From contig JBBRDN010000003.1 in assembly GCA_038203875.1 (NCBI GenBank), positions 1-63,693 on the forward strand: 63,693 nt of DNA, given 5' to 3'. The translations under genes were made by a program, and so were the position numbers. Below the pieces are notes generated by a model that was not told where the DNA came from, searched no databases, and saw nothing but the letters and a program-made list of their open reading frames with translations. This DNA is from Verrucomicrobiota bacterium. Its GTDB lineage: Bacteria; Verrucomicrobiota; Verrucomicrobiia; Limisphaerales; CANJSG01. Shown here in pieces: positions 37,945-48,000 of the stretch (position 1 is the stretch's first letter; every line of letters starts with the position of its first letter).

Positions 37945-38891
37945 CAGCGGCGGGTCTTCACCGGCTTGCGCCCGCGGGCGAGGCGGTCGCGGAGGAATTC
38001 AAACAACGCGATGTCCAGCGGCACGTCGGTCGTAAGCACGTGGAAGGCGATACCAAGCCGCTCACAGAGGGACTTGGCGGCGGACTGGTGCTGCCCGAAG
38101 GCTTCGAGGTAACGCGCCCGGGCGGCGGAGGGATTCAGGTAGAGGTCACGACCCGACTCCATGTCCTCGAACCGCGTAGCCTTCTGGAATTGGAACGTCG
38201 TCTCCGCCGGATCGAGAACCTGGAAAACCACGACATCATGTCCACAGGCGGCGAGATGCCCGAGGTTCTTCTCCAGGTCTTCCAGCGGCGCGAGAAGGTC
38301 GGAGATCAACAGCATCATCCCGCGGCGACGGACGATTTCGACGATGCGCTTGAGCGGTTCCGCGAGGCTGGTGGTCCCGGCGGAAGACTGCTTCTCCAAC
38401 GCCAGCATGATTTGGCGCAGATGGCCCTTGCGATGTCTCGAAGGCAGGTAGTCGCGCACCCGATCGTCGAACGTCAGCAACCCCACCGCATCGCCCTGGT
38501 CGTGGAGGAACTGGCTGAACGTCGCGGCCAACGTCGCCGCGTAGTCGCGCTTGGACCAGCCGAGCGACTTGAAGTTCATCGACGGACTGAGATCCAACAG
38601 CAGGTGCGACGGGAGGTTGGTCTCGTCCTCGAACTTCTTGATGTAGTAGCGGTCGCTCCGGGCGACGAGGCGCCAATCGAGGTAACGCAGGTCATCGCCG
38701 ACGACGTAGGGCCGGTATTCGGTGAACTCAACGGAGAAGCCGTGGAAAGGCGAGCGGTGCATACCCGACCAGAAACCCTCGACCACAACCTGCGCGCGCA
38801 GCTCCAGGTTGCGGATGCGCATCAAGGCCGCCGGATCAAGGAACGAACCACCGCTGACTGCGGGTCGCGCGTCCTGAAGGCTCGGGGACAT
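37944..38891 (-). CDS. DUF58 domain protein
   Basis: Signature FTEYRPYVVGDDLRYLDWRLVARSDRYYIKKFEDETN and a degenerate VWA-like C-terminal half. Typical partner of MoxR/BatA systems. Confidence 0.85.
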   Translation of the reverse strand: MSPSLQDARPAVSGGSFLDPAALMRIRNLELRAQVVVEGFWSGMHRSPFHGFSVEFTEYRPYVVGDDLRYLDWRLVARSDRYYIKKFEDETNLPSHLLLDLSPSMNFKSLGWSKRDYAATLAATFSQFLHDQGDAVGLLTFDDRVRDYLPSRHRKGHLRQIMLALEKQSSAGTTSLAEPLKRIVEIVRRRGMMLLISDLLAPLEDLEKNLGHLAACGHDVVVFQVLDPAETTFQFQKATRFEDMESGRDLYLNPSAARARYLEAFGQHQSAAKSLCERLGIAFHVLTTDVPLDIALFEFLRDRLARGRKPVKTRR

Positions 38892-39062
38892 GAGCTGAAG
38901 CTAGTCGCGCGAATCCTCGGAGCAAGGGCGGATTGGACGCGAAACGACGAAGTGCGGAGGTCAAACGACACTGGCCGCCGACAGGTTTCGTGCTTCCTTC
39001 CCCCTCCGGGTTCTGTATCAATCTCGACCTTCGCGGCCGCACTGGCCGCTTGTCTACAAACC

Positions 39063-40265
39063 ATGAGCCTCACAACTGTTCTCCTCCGACCCGGCGAAGC
39101 CGACCGGATCGTCGCCGGCCACCTCTGGATCTATGAAGGCGCCATCCTGCGCCTCACCGGTCCCGCCAACGACGGCGACCTGGTCCAGATCAAGGACCAC
39201 CGCCAGCGCCTTCTCGGCATCGGTTTCTACAATTCCAAATCCAAGATCCGGGTGCGCGTCATCGACTCCGAGCGCACCGACATCGACGTGCTCTTCTTCG
39301 AGGAACGTCTCCGCTCCGCGCTCGCCGTCCGCCAGCGGCACATGCCCACGGCGTCGTCGTTCCGCGTGGTGAACGCCGAGTCCGACCTGCTCACCGGCCT
39401 GATCCTCGACAAGTATGAGGACGTGTTCGTCATGCAGATCTCCTCGCTCGGCATGGAGAAGCGGAAACACCACATCGTCGAGGCCATCAAACGCGTCTTC
39501 TCGCCCCGCGCGATCGTCGAGCGCAGCGAAAGCTCGTTCCGCAAGTTCGAGGGCATGGAAGAGTCCAACGGCGTCATCCACGGCACGATCGAGGGCCCCG
39601 TCGGCATCAAGCTCAACGGCCTCAAGTTCGACGTCGACATCGCCGGCGGCCACAAGACCGGCCTATACCTCGACCAGCAGGTGAACTACCAGAAGGTCGC
39701 CAACCTCGTCCGCAAGGGCGACACGGTGCTCGACTGCTTCTCGTTCCTCGGCGGTTTCTCGCTCCATGCCGCCCGGGCCGGGGCCAAGAACGTCGTCGGG
39801 GTCGACCAGAGCGCGGACGCCACGGGCTTCGCCGCGGCCAACGCGAAGGCCAACAAGCTTGATTCGCAGTGCACCTTCGAAACGGCCAACGCCTTTGATT
39901 GGCTGAAGGCGCGCACGCATACCGGCCCACACGAAAAGCTGATTCCCCAGTTCGACGTCGTCGTGCTGGATCCACCGTCATTCACGCGGACACGCTCGGC
40001 TGTGGAGGGCGCGATGCGCGGCTACAAGGAGATCCATGTGCGCGGGCTCAAGCTGCTCAAGCCGGGCGGCGTGCTCGCAACGTTCTGCTGCTCGCACCAT
40101 GTGGGCACGCAACTGTTCCTCGATAGCGTCCTGTCGGCAGCGTTCGACCAGCGGAAACTTCTCCGCCGCGTGGACATCTACGCCCAGAGCCCGGACCACC
40201 CGGTCCTGCCGTCGATGCCCGAGACGGAATACCTCAAGGGCTTCGCCTTCGAGCTGATGCGCTGA
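39063..40265 (+). CDS. rlmI: 23S rRNA (cytosine1962-C5)-methyltransferase, RlmI-like class I SAM MTase
   Basis: ATG at 39063 (MSLTTVLLRPGEADRIVAGHLWIY..) gives a PUA-like N-terminus. SAM pocket VLDCFSFLGGFSLHAA and motif IV FDVVVLDPPSF. The long upstream ORF extension was rejected. Confidence 0.85.
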   Translation: MSLTTVLLRPGEADRIVAGHLWIYEGAILRLTGPANDGDLVQIKDHRQRLLGIGFYNSKSKIRVRVIDSERTDIDVLFFEERLRSALAVRQRHMPTASSFRVVNAESDLLTGLILDKYEDVFVMQISSLGMEKRKHHIVEAIKRVFSPRAIVERSESSFRKFEGMEESNGVIHGTIEGPVGIKLNGLKFDVDIAGGHKTGLYLDQQVNYQKVANLVRKGDTVLDCFSFLGGFSLHAARAGAKNVVGVDQSADATGFAAANAKANKLDSQCTFETANAFDWLKARTHTGPHEKLIPQFDVVVLDPPSFTRTRSAVEGAMRGYKEIHVRGLKLLKPGGVLATFCCSHHVGTQLFLDSVLSAAFDQRKLLRRVDIYAQSPDHPVLPSMPETEYLKGFAFELMR

Positions 40266-40288
40266 ACAGGGGGAACTTCAATTGCGAA

Positions 40289-40321
40289 GGCCGGGCGTCT
40301 CCGCCCGGCCTTTTTATTTTT
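40289..40321 (+). terminator. Rho-independent terminator after rlmI
   Basis: GGCCGGGCG-TCTC-CGCCCGGCC gives a perfect 9-bp stem (40289-40310), followed by TTTTTATTTTT. Confidence 0.8.
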
Positions 40322-40445
40322 CCACGAAGGTCACGAGGAGCACCAAGGCACACTCGTCGGGGCGCCGAGCGAGGTCTCGGCAAGAATGAAACCGTCGGTG
40401 CCAAATGCCGGGAGCAAGCTCGACACTCCGGCGCGCCAGGGTGTT

Positions 40446-41504
40446 CTACGCCTGCTCGAGCAAGGCTCGCTGCCAGCGCATGAGGCTCGGCGCGTATTGG
40501 TCCCAGTCTTCGGCGAGGCGGTTGAGAGCGGCGCTGGGAGCGATGAGCGTCGCGTCGAGGGCGAGGGCGGCGGCCTGTTTGTCGCGGATCTTTTCCAGCT
40601 GTTCGGCGCGGCGTTTCTGCACCTCGGTCTGGCGCGGGCTGCGGTGCCGGGGAATCTCGGGCCATTCGGCTTCGGGCACGGCTCGGCCTTTGACGACGGC
40701 GTCGCGGACGGTGCGGACGCGGTCAGGCCGGAAGCGCCGGGGTAGCACTTCGTCCCACGGTTGGTCCATGGACGCGCGCACCGAAATCTCGACCATGGTT
40801 TCAGGCGAAAGGACGAAGAAAGGCGGACGATTCGCCGCAATAGCCTGGCCTTCGCGCCATTCAAAGATGGCCTTGAGGATGGCCAAGGCCGGGCGGGCGA
40901 GGAACGAACTGCCCTTCACGCGCCACACATCCGGATCAGCCGGCGGCACCACCGCACAGTCGGAGATCAGGCGCTCGCAGCTCTCCTGCATCCACTCGAC
41001 GCGCCCAAGTTCCACGAGGCGCGCCCGGAGGATGTCGGACAAAGCTCTGAGATGACGTGTGTCGTTCCGGGCGTAGTCCTCCATCCGCGGGGTGAGAGGG
41101 CGTTGGGCCCAGTCGGCCTTCTGCGGACCCTTGTCCAACTCGATGTTGAGGAACTTCTTCACCAACGCATGCAGGCCGAAGTGCGGTTCGCCGAGCAGGC
41201 GGGCGGCGATCATGGTGTCGAAGATCCGCGTCGGGACGAACGAATGCCATTTTCGGAAGAGACGAAGGTCGTAGTCGCTCCCGTGCATGATGATCTCGCG
41301 CTCGCGGATGGCGGCGAAGAACCCGGTCAGGCCGATGCCGGAAAGGGGATCGATGAGACGATCTTGGCCGTCGATCGATATCTGGATGAGGCAGAGCTTC
41401 TCGGGGTAGGCATGAAGGCTGTCCGCCTCGGTATCGAGGGTAAGCCAGGGCGCGGCGTCGAGCCGGGCGAGGAAATCCGTCAGGAGTTCGTTTCTATCGA
41501 TCAC
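40446..41504 (-). CDS. rnd: Ribonuclease D
   Basis: DEDD 3'-5' exonuclease motifs (LTLDTEADSLHAYPEKLCLIQI, HGSDYDLRLF, YARNDTRHL) followed by an HRDC-like region. GTG start. Confidence 0.85.
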   Translation of the reverse strand: MIDRNELLTDFLARLDAAPWLTLDTEADSLHAYPEKLCLIQISIDGQDRLIDPLSGIGLTGFFAAIREREIIMHGSDYDLRLFRKWHSFVPTRIFDTMIAARLLGEPHFGLHALVKKFLNIELDKGPQKADWAQRPLTPRMEDYARNDTRHLRALSDILRARLVELGRVEWMQESCERLISDCAVVPPADPDVWRVKGSSFLARPALAILKAIFEWREGQAIAANRPPFFVLSPETMVEISVRASMDQPWDEVLPRRFRPDRVRTVRDAVVKGRAVPEAEWPEIPRHRSPRQTEVQKRRAEQLEKIRDKQAAALALDATLIAPSAALNRLAEDWDQYAPSLMRWQRALLEQA

Positions 41505-41591
41505 TGATAGTGGCGAGTGTGGGGACCTCCGACGGCGAAGTGCAGGTAAAATTCACCGAGCGATCGAAGAAACACGCTGGAAGGAGCCAGC

Positions 41592-41930
41592 TTACTTCGG
41601 TCCGGAGCGGTAACTGGTCACCCGGTAGTTCCGGTCGAGGACCATCGTGCGGGCACCCCAGGGGACGTAGCGGGAATCGCCCTTGGCCGATGGATTCTCG
41701 ACCCTCCAGGCGGTGACGAGCCAGTCGTCGCCGTCCTTGCGGATGCGAAATTCGGCGCGCGCAGACCAGTCTTCCTTCGAAGCGAGCACGGCCAAAGCCG
41801 CTCCCTCCAGTTCCCGCCGAACACTAGGCGGAACATCGGCTTCGGGTGGCGCCTGGTCCTTACAGCCAAACGTCGTCGCCACCACCAAGGCGGCGACGAC
41901 GCTCGCAAAAGAATGCGCGAGATTGCGCAC
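41592..41930 (-). CDS. Small hypothetical lipoprotein
   Basis: GTG start. Lipobox VVATTFGC after a hydrophobic N-terminus. 112 aa, no family recognised. Confidence 0.55.
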   Translation of the reverse strand: MRNLAHSFASVVAALVVATTFGCKDQAPPEADVPPSVRRELEGAALAVLASKEDWSARAEFRIRKDGDDWLVTAWRVENPSAKGDSRYVPWGARTMVLDRNYRVTSYRSGPK

Positions 41931-41948
41931 GGGGCGGGCGGGTTCGGC

Positions 41949-42398
41949 TCAGCTGGCCTGGCCGGCAGCGGCTTCACCCTGCTGGGGCGGACGCTGGCCC
42001 TGCTGCTGCGCGACCACGATGGGCAGCGGGTAGCGGAGCTTCATCACGTCATCGACAAGCACCTCGACGTAGTAGGCGCCCGGAGCGGCGAACTCGACGT
42101 TCTGAAGCACGGAGACGTTGATGGCGATGCTGCCGGGGCCGTCGAGGGCGATCTTGCCCTGGCTAGTGGCGAGCACGGTCTTCATGTCCGGCGCGATGAC
42201 ACGGACGGTCTGGTTGAACTGGCCGATGCCGGCGACCCAGCGGTTGAAGACGAGCAACTGCGGCGCGGTGACCGGGAACTGAGGGACGGGGATGATATTG
42301 ATGACGCCGATCAGGAAGAAGCTGCCGGTGGTTTCCTGACGGACCTGCTCGCAGACGAGCGAGCACTGGAGATCGGGAAGGATGCGTGTGGGTGTCAT
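41949..42398 (-). CDS. Hypothetical protein
   Basis: ATG start, 149 aa with beta-rich composition and a Gln/Pro-rich tail. Lies 19 nt downstream of folD in the same operon. Confidence 0.6.
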   Translation of the reverse strand: MTPTRILPDLQCSLVCEQVRQETTGSFFLIGVINIIPVPQFPVTAPQLLVFNRWVAGIGQFNQTVRVIAPDMKTVLATSQGKIALDGPGSIAINVSVLQNVEFAAPGAYYVEVLVDDVMKLRYPLPIVVAQQQGQRPPQQGEAAAGQAS

Positions 42399-42417
42399 TT
42401 GGATGTGGTGTTCGGTA

Positions 42418-43305
42418 TCAGCGCGTCGCCATTTCGGCGGCGCGAACGGTGTTCTGGAGAAGCATGGCGATGGTCATGGGACCGACGCCGCCGGGATTCG
42501 GAGTAATGCGGCCGGCGATGGGCTGGACCGCGTCGAAGTCGACGTCGCCGACGAGACGGGATCCACCCTTCGCAGACGGGTCGGAGACACGGTTCACGCC
42601 GACGTCCACGACGACGGCGCCGGGTTTGACCATACCGGCCGTGACGAACTTCGGGGACCCCAGCGCGGCGACGATGATGTCGGCCCGGAGGCAGTGTTCC
42701 TTCACGTGGCGGGACGCGGAATGGCAGACGGTGACGGTGGCATTCGCGTTCCGGCTCTTCTGGATCAGGATCGAGGCCATCGGTTTGCCGACGATGTTGC
42801 CCCGGCCAAGCACGACGACCTCAGCGCCATCGATCTTGACGCCGGAACGGATCAGAAGCTCGTGGACACCGGCCGGGGTGCACGGAAGAAAGCCGGAGGA
42901 ATCACCGAGCATCAGTTTGCCGACGTTGATGGGATGGAATCCATCGACGTCTTTGCCCGGCGCAACGGTCGAGTAGACGACGCGTTCGTCGATGTGTTTT
43001 GGAAGAGGTGCCTGGACGAGGATGCCGTGGATGCGGCCGTCGGCATTGGCCTGTTCGAGCAACTGCAGGAGTTCGGCCTGGGTCGTCGCTTCGGGAAGAA
43101 CCCGCGTGTCGGAGACGATGCCAAGGCGCGCCGAAGTCTTCTCCTTCATCCCTACGTAGACCTTGGACGCGGGGTCCTCGCCGACGCGGACGAACAGCAA
43201 CGACGGCTGGATTCCGCGAGCCTTGAGGGCCTCAACCCGCAGGGCAGTTTCGGCGTGGATCTGTTCGGCGATGGCCCGCCCGTCGATCAGGTTCGGAAAG
43301 GACAT
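42418..43305 (-). CDS. folD: Bifunctional methylenetetrahydrofolate dehydrogenase / methenyltetrahydrofolate cyclohydrolase
   Basis: ATG at 43305 (MSFPNLIDGRAIAEQI..). Motifs VGEDPASKVYVGMKEK, VLGRGNIVGKPMA and TPNPGGVGPMTIAML. The start shares one nucleotide with the upstream stop (TGATG). Confidence 0.95.
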   Translation of the reverse strand: MSFPNLIDGRAIAEQIHAETALRVEALKARGIQPSLLFVRVGEDPASKVYVGMKEKTSARLGIVSDTRVLPEATTQAELLQLLEQANADGRIHGILVQAPLPKHIDERVVYSTVAPGKDVDGFHPINVGKLMLGDSSGFLPCTPAGVHELLIRSGVKIDGAEVVVLGRGNIVGKPMASILIQKSRNANATVTVCHSASRHVKEHCLRADIIVAALGSPKFVTAGMVKPGAVVVDVGVNRVSDPSAKGGSRLVGDVDFDAVQPIAGRITPNPGGVGPMTIAMLLQNTVRAAEMATR

Positions 43306-44279
43306 CAGGGCAGATCGAGGGTTTCGATCTTGATGATCGGCGTGCGTTTCCAACGGTCGTCGAGGAACTCCTCGCCGCTGAGAATCACGCGGGAGCCGAT
43401 GTAGCGCCAAAGCTCGAACTTCTGCTCGTTGCCAACCAGAAAGGCGATCTTCTCGCCCGAGAAGCGGTCCTCGAGATTGAAATAGCTGGGCGTGTTCACA
43501 TGGAGATCGCGCCGAATGATGCCCTCACGGAACACTTTGCGGGCGACTACAGGAACTCCGTCCCGACCGACGGGCGCCGCAGAAACAGACACCGTCGCCG
43601 ACGGGGCAACCGAGCGGTCGGGCACGACGGGCGCGGGCACTGGAGTCGCCTGCGGGATCACCGGAGCGGTCGCCGCCTTGGGCGCTTCCGTTTCCGCTTT
43701 TGTGTCCCGGGCGACCACCGGAGCGGGCTCGGGCTTGATCTCCGCCAAGGGCGTCTCCTTGGCCTCTGGGATCACGACCGGCGCAGCCTTGGCCGGAGCC
43801 TCGGCGGGGCCGGGCGTGGAGGAGAGTTCGATGAACGAAGCAACCACGTAGGCCGCGGCTCCCACGGGCGCCTGGACTTCAAGCCAATCGCCCTCGTGGC
43901 GCAGGACCTTCAGTTCGGCTCCTTTCTCGAGACGGGCGACAACGCTGAAATTCTCTCCCGGGCCGCCCCGGACATTGAGCTTCTTGGCGGACACGGTGTC
44001 GTTGGTTCCGACAAACGCGGAGTTGACCCATAGGGGCGTATTCGCCGGCAGGGCGATCTTGAACCAGTTGGTGGGATCGCCCTTCGCAGCCTTGACGACC
44101 ACCGGCTCCAAAACGGTCACGGACTCGCCCTTGCCCAGCTGGGTGATGACCTCACCGGCCATGCCGGCCACGCCACGGACGTTGACCCGATCGGCCTTGA
44201 CGGTCCCTGTCTCGGCGAAAGCAACTGAGGCCGACGCGACGAAAAGCGCAGCCAAACCGACGGTTTTGCCCGAAATCAT
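43305..44279 (-). CDS. Secreted protein with two bacterial SH3 domains
   Basis: Signal peptide MISGKTVGLAALFVASASVAFA. Two SH3b-like units (VNVRGVAGMAGEVITQLGKGESVTVLE and LNVRGGPGENFSVVARLEKGAELKVLRHEGDWLEV), a Pro/Ala-rich linker and a C-terminal domain. Confidence 0.75.
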   Translation of the reverse strand: MISGKTVGLAALFVASASVAFAETGTVKADRVNVRGVAGMAGEVITQLGKGESVTVLEPVVVKAAKGDPTNWFKIALPANTPLWVNSAFVGTNDTVSAKKLNVRGGPGENFSVVARLEKGAELKVLRHEGDWLEVQAPVGAAAYVVASFIELSSTPGPAEAPAKAAPVVIPEAKETPLAEIKPEPAPVVARDTKAETEAPKAATAPVIPQATPVPAPVVPDRSVAPSATVSVSAAPVGRDGVPVVARKVFREGIIRRDLHVNTPSYFNLEDRFSGEKIAFLVGNEQKFELWRYIGSRVILSGEEFLDDRWKRTPIIKIETLDLP

Positions 44280-44998
44280 GATGGGGAGAGTAGCGTTTTA
44301 ACCTCAGTGTCTGTCAACGTCCGCCATTTGCCCGAGGGCAGCTGGGCCAGGCGGATCTTTCCGATCTGCGTGCGGACCAGTCGTATCACTTCCAGGCCCT
44401 GGGACTCGAAGAGCCTCCGAACTTCGCGGTTTTTACCCTCGCCCAGGACCACCTCGACCAAACTCGTGGAGTTGCCACTCGCGAGGGTGCGGGCCTTGAG
44501 CGCCTTGAGCAATTCCCCATCGTGTTGGACACCGGCGGTGATGCGCCGAATGACGTTGTCATCCATCGTGCCGCGGACCGTGGCCAGATACACCTTGGTC
44601 ACATTGTAACGAGGATGGGTCAGCCGGAGACAGAACTCGCCGTCGTTCGTGAAGAGGATCAAACCCTCGCTCTCGAGATCGAGACGTCCCACCGGATACA
44701 GGTGGGACCACTCCGCAGGAAGGAGCTCCGAGGCAATCCGGCGGTCTTCGGGATCGCTGCGCGAGCAAAGGTAGCCGCGGGGTTTGTGCAGGGCGAGATA
44801 CAGGCGTTTGCGGGTGGTAACGGGCCGGCCGTCGAACTTCACCCGGTCGACCGTTGGATCAACCTTTGAGCCCGTGATGGTGACCTTCCGGCCGTTCACT
44901 TCGACGCGGCCTTCGGCGATGATCTTTTCGGCGGACCGCCGTGAGGCGACGCCGGCGTCAGCAAGGAACTTCTGGAGTCTAATCGGGGCGGTCTTCAT
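44276..44998 (-). CDS. Pseudouridine synthase, RsuA/RluB family
   Basis: S4 domain RLQKFLADAGVASRRSAEKIIAEGRVEVNG and catalytic VGRLDLESEGLILFTNDG. ATGA overlap with the next gene. Confidence 0.9.
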   Translation of the reverse strand: MKTAPIRLQKFLADAGVASRRSAEKIIAEGRVEVNGRKVTITGSKVDPTVDRVKFDGRPVTTRKRLYLALHKPRGYLCSRSDPEDRRIASELLPAEWSHLYPVGRLDLESEGLILFTNDGEFCLRLTHPRYNVTKVYLATVRGTMDDNVIRRITAGVQHDGELLKALKARTLASGNSTSLVEVVLGEGKNREVRRLFESQGLEVIRLVRTQIGKIRLAQLPSGKWRTLTDTEVKTLLSPS

Positions 44999-45035
44999 CC
45001 GAGTTGGGCATCATGGCCGTTCGATTGAACGCATG

Positions 45036-45072
45036 CAAAGAAAAGGCCGGCGACCCTTTCGGGTCGCCGGCC
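45036..45072 (-). terminator. Rho-independent terminator after the S8 peptidase gene
   Basis: 12-bp stem GGCCGGCGACCC / GGGTCGCCGGCC (45045-45072) with a 4-nt loop. On the minus strand it is followed by UUUUCUUUG. It begins 15 nt past the stop codon. Confidence 0.8.
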
Positions 45073-45087
45073 TCGAATCTGTCAGGA

Positions 45088-48000
45088 TCAACGGCTCAGT
45101 CGGAAGAACCTTGTTCCGTTGGTCGCGCTGTTGGTCACCACATTCTCGCTGCCGACGACCGCAGGATTTACGACAAGGTTCGTAAACGGGGAGTTTGTCG
45201 ACAAGGCCGACGTTCCCTGGAGAACGAAGTTGGACGAGCTGGAGGGCCAGCTAACGAGCACGTTGGGTCCGGAACGGCGGATCTTAAGCTGGGGCGCGAT
45301 CTCGATGACCATCGACCAACCGGAGCCCAAGCTGCCGGAATCTCCTTCGCCATGGTCCGCGACGTAGAGCGACCACACGCCGTTCGGATCCGTCCCAACA
45401 AAGGCGGCCAGGACTTCCGCATACGGTCCGGCAGGGGCCGGTGAGGGCAGGCTTTCGGACGGTGAACTGAGGTTCCGGGGCTTGTAGACGCCACTCTGGA
45501 GGAAGCCCTGGGAGATGAAGTTCGCCGCTGCGTCGTCAAACGTGAACGTTGCGTTGCCGATTGGATTGCCCGCTCCGACACGGGACATGAGGACGACTTT
45601 CTGGCCCCGAGGCCCGACGAGCAGAACGTCCAAGTCGGACGGGAATGTGTGAGACAAACCGTTCAACGTCACCGTGATTTTTCCAACCCGGCCGGTTAGC
45701 CCCGAGACAGTGACCGTCGACGGATAGAGCGAGGCTGGTCCGATGGACGGAATATCCAACGCTGCGGGATTTTCGGTCACTCCCGGCGCGAGACCGACTG
45801 TGCCTGTCGCGGATGACGCGTTGTTCGCGATCACCGGATCATTGTCGTCGGTGCTGACGAGAGCCAGGTTCGTGACGGAACCCAGCACGGTCGGCACGAT
45901 GACGAGCTGCACTGTGGCCGACCCGTTCTGGGCGAGCGGTCCCAGGGCCACGACAACGGTATCACCGATGACGGTGTAGGAACCCTGGCTGGGTGTCACC
46001 GAGACCAATCCGACATTGGCGGGGATCACATTCGTGACGAACACGCCAGAGGCGTCGCTGGCACCCAGGTTGGCGATCGCAAGGGAAACCGTGGAAGCGA
46101 CACCCCGGAACAGGCTGTTCGGGAATGTCTGCGTCACTGCAAGGTCATTGGTCAGGTTGTTGCCAAGGACCAGTTCAAGCGACCATCCGTTTGAGATCGC
46201 GCCGCTTTCCTGTCTCGTATCGTCGGCAACATACAGGGACCAAACGCCATTTGGGTTCGAGCCGCTGAACGCGCCGAGCGACGATGAGTATGGCCCCGCA
46301 GGAGCCGGTGAGGGCATTTCGTCGGTCGTTTGGTCGAAATCCGTCGGCTTGTATTCGCCGGAGAGGAAAGGAACGACCGGAATGCCGGAGAACGCATCAT
46401 CGGTGAAGGTCACATCCAGTCCCGCAATCGCCGAAGCCGGGCCGGCATCCGACATGAGCATCACCTTCTGGCCATTGGGACTGACCAAGAGCATGTCGAT
46501 GTCCCGCGCATAGGAGTGACTTATCCCGCTGACGGTCACGCGGACCTGCTTCACGATTCCCGTCACTCCGGTAATGTTGATCGTGCTGGGATACAGGCTG
46601 CCGGGACCGATGTCGGGAATGACGATCAAGTTGGTATTCGAGAGGAACTTGCCACGGGCGGTCGTTGCCGAAACCACGTTGTCGGCCGGGGAAGGATCCT
46701 GATTGGCCGAGACCGCCGAACTGGTGCTGGTGATGTCGACCGGAAGGGTGGCACGACCCACAACCGAAAGCGCTACGGTCTGCCCGATCGCCATGGTGCC
46801 GATGTTGAACCGGACCACGTTGTTGCTGACCGTCGAGGTTCCCTGGCCTTGCGCCACTTTTACCAATGTAAGGGCGGGCGAGAGAGTTTCGGTGAGCACA
46901 ACACCCGTCGCGATGCTGGGACCGAAATTGCTGACCGATATCGAATAGGTGATCAGATCACCGGGCAGGACCCGATCCGGCGAGGCGGACTTGGTCACAA
47001 TCAGGTCCGAGAGGATCGCATTGCAGAAATCAACGGACTGCTCCAAACGGAGGTTCCAGCCCGAGGCAATACGCCCAGACCCGCTCGCCACACCATCGTA
47101 GGCATAGAGCGACCAGGTTCCGTTGCCCGCACCCTGGGCGATTTGAGCCAGGGTATTGACGTAGTTGAACACAGGGATGTTGGTCGAGAGCGTCCCACCG
47201 GGCGAACCTCCGACCGGCCGGAACGATCCCGAAAACAATCCGCTGAAAGCGGCCGAGTTGGCGGCGGCATCGTCAAACGTGATGTTCAGGTTGGCAGCGT
47301 TGCTCGAGCCTGACGTATCCATGAGGACAAGCCCCACCCCGTTAGGATTGACCAGCACCAGGGTCGCATCCGAGGGGGATGGATGCGAAAATCCCCTGAT
47401 TGTCACCAGAGCCCGGGCCGCATTGCCAATCATCCCGGAAATCAGGTTGGTCGACGGGAACGGGGTGGCCAGGCTGAGATCCGGAATGATGATCGCCTGG
47501 GAATTGTTGGCAACGGTCGTCGCGGTGGCCCTGTATCCGACCTTGACGAAGAAAGTGACCGTTCCGGCAGGAGATCCTCCACTCGAAAGGCTCAAATTCA
47601 CGGGAAGGTTGGTTCCGCATGGCACCGAAGCGGCCAACTTGAAGGTAAACCGGTTGGTCACCGCGGCACCCTGTTGGATCACCGCCAAGTAATTGACCGG
47701 CCCCGTGATCGGGGCTACCGCCGCATTGGAGACCATCTGGGCGGTCACGACGGGAGCCGAAGCGAGACCCACGTTTCTGATGGCAAAATCGAAGGTGACG
47801 GTCTCACCCGGATCCACGTAACCGTTGGTGGTGCCCAAAGTTTCGGCCACGAACTTCGCCGAGTCGGAGGCGTAAACGGCGACCGGTTCTTCACTGAAAT
47901 TGGAGGCAACCAGCGCGAAATCCTGATCGCGGGGATCCGAGTTTCCAGGCACGCCGTCCGAGTTGACGTTGGCCGCCAGGATCTCGATCGCTATTTCCCC

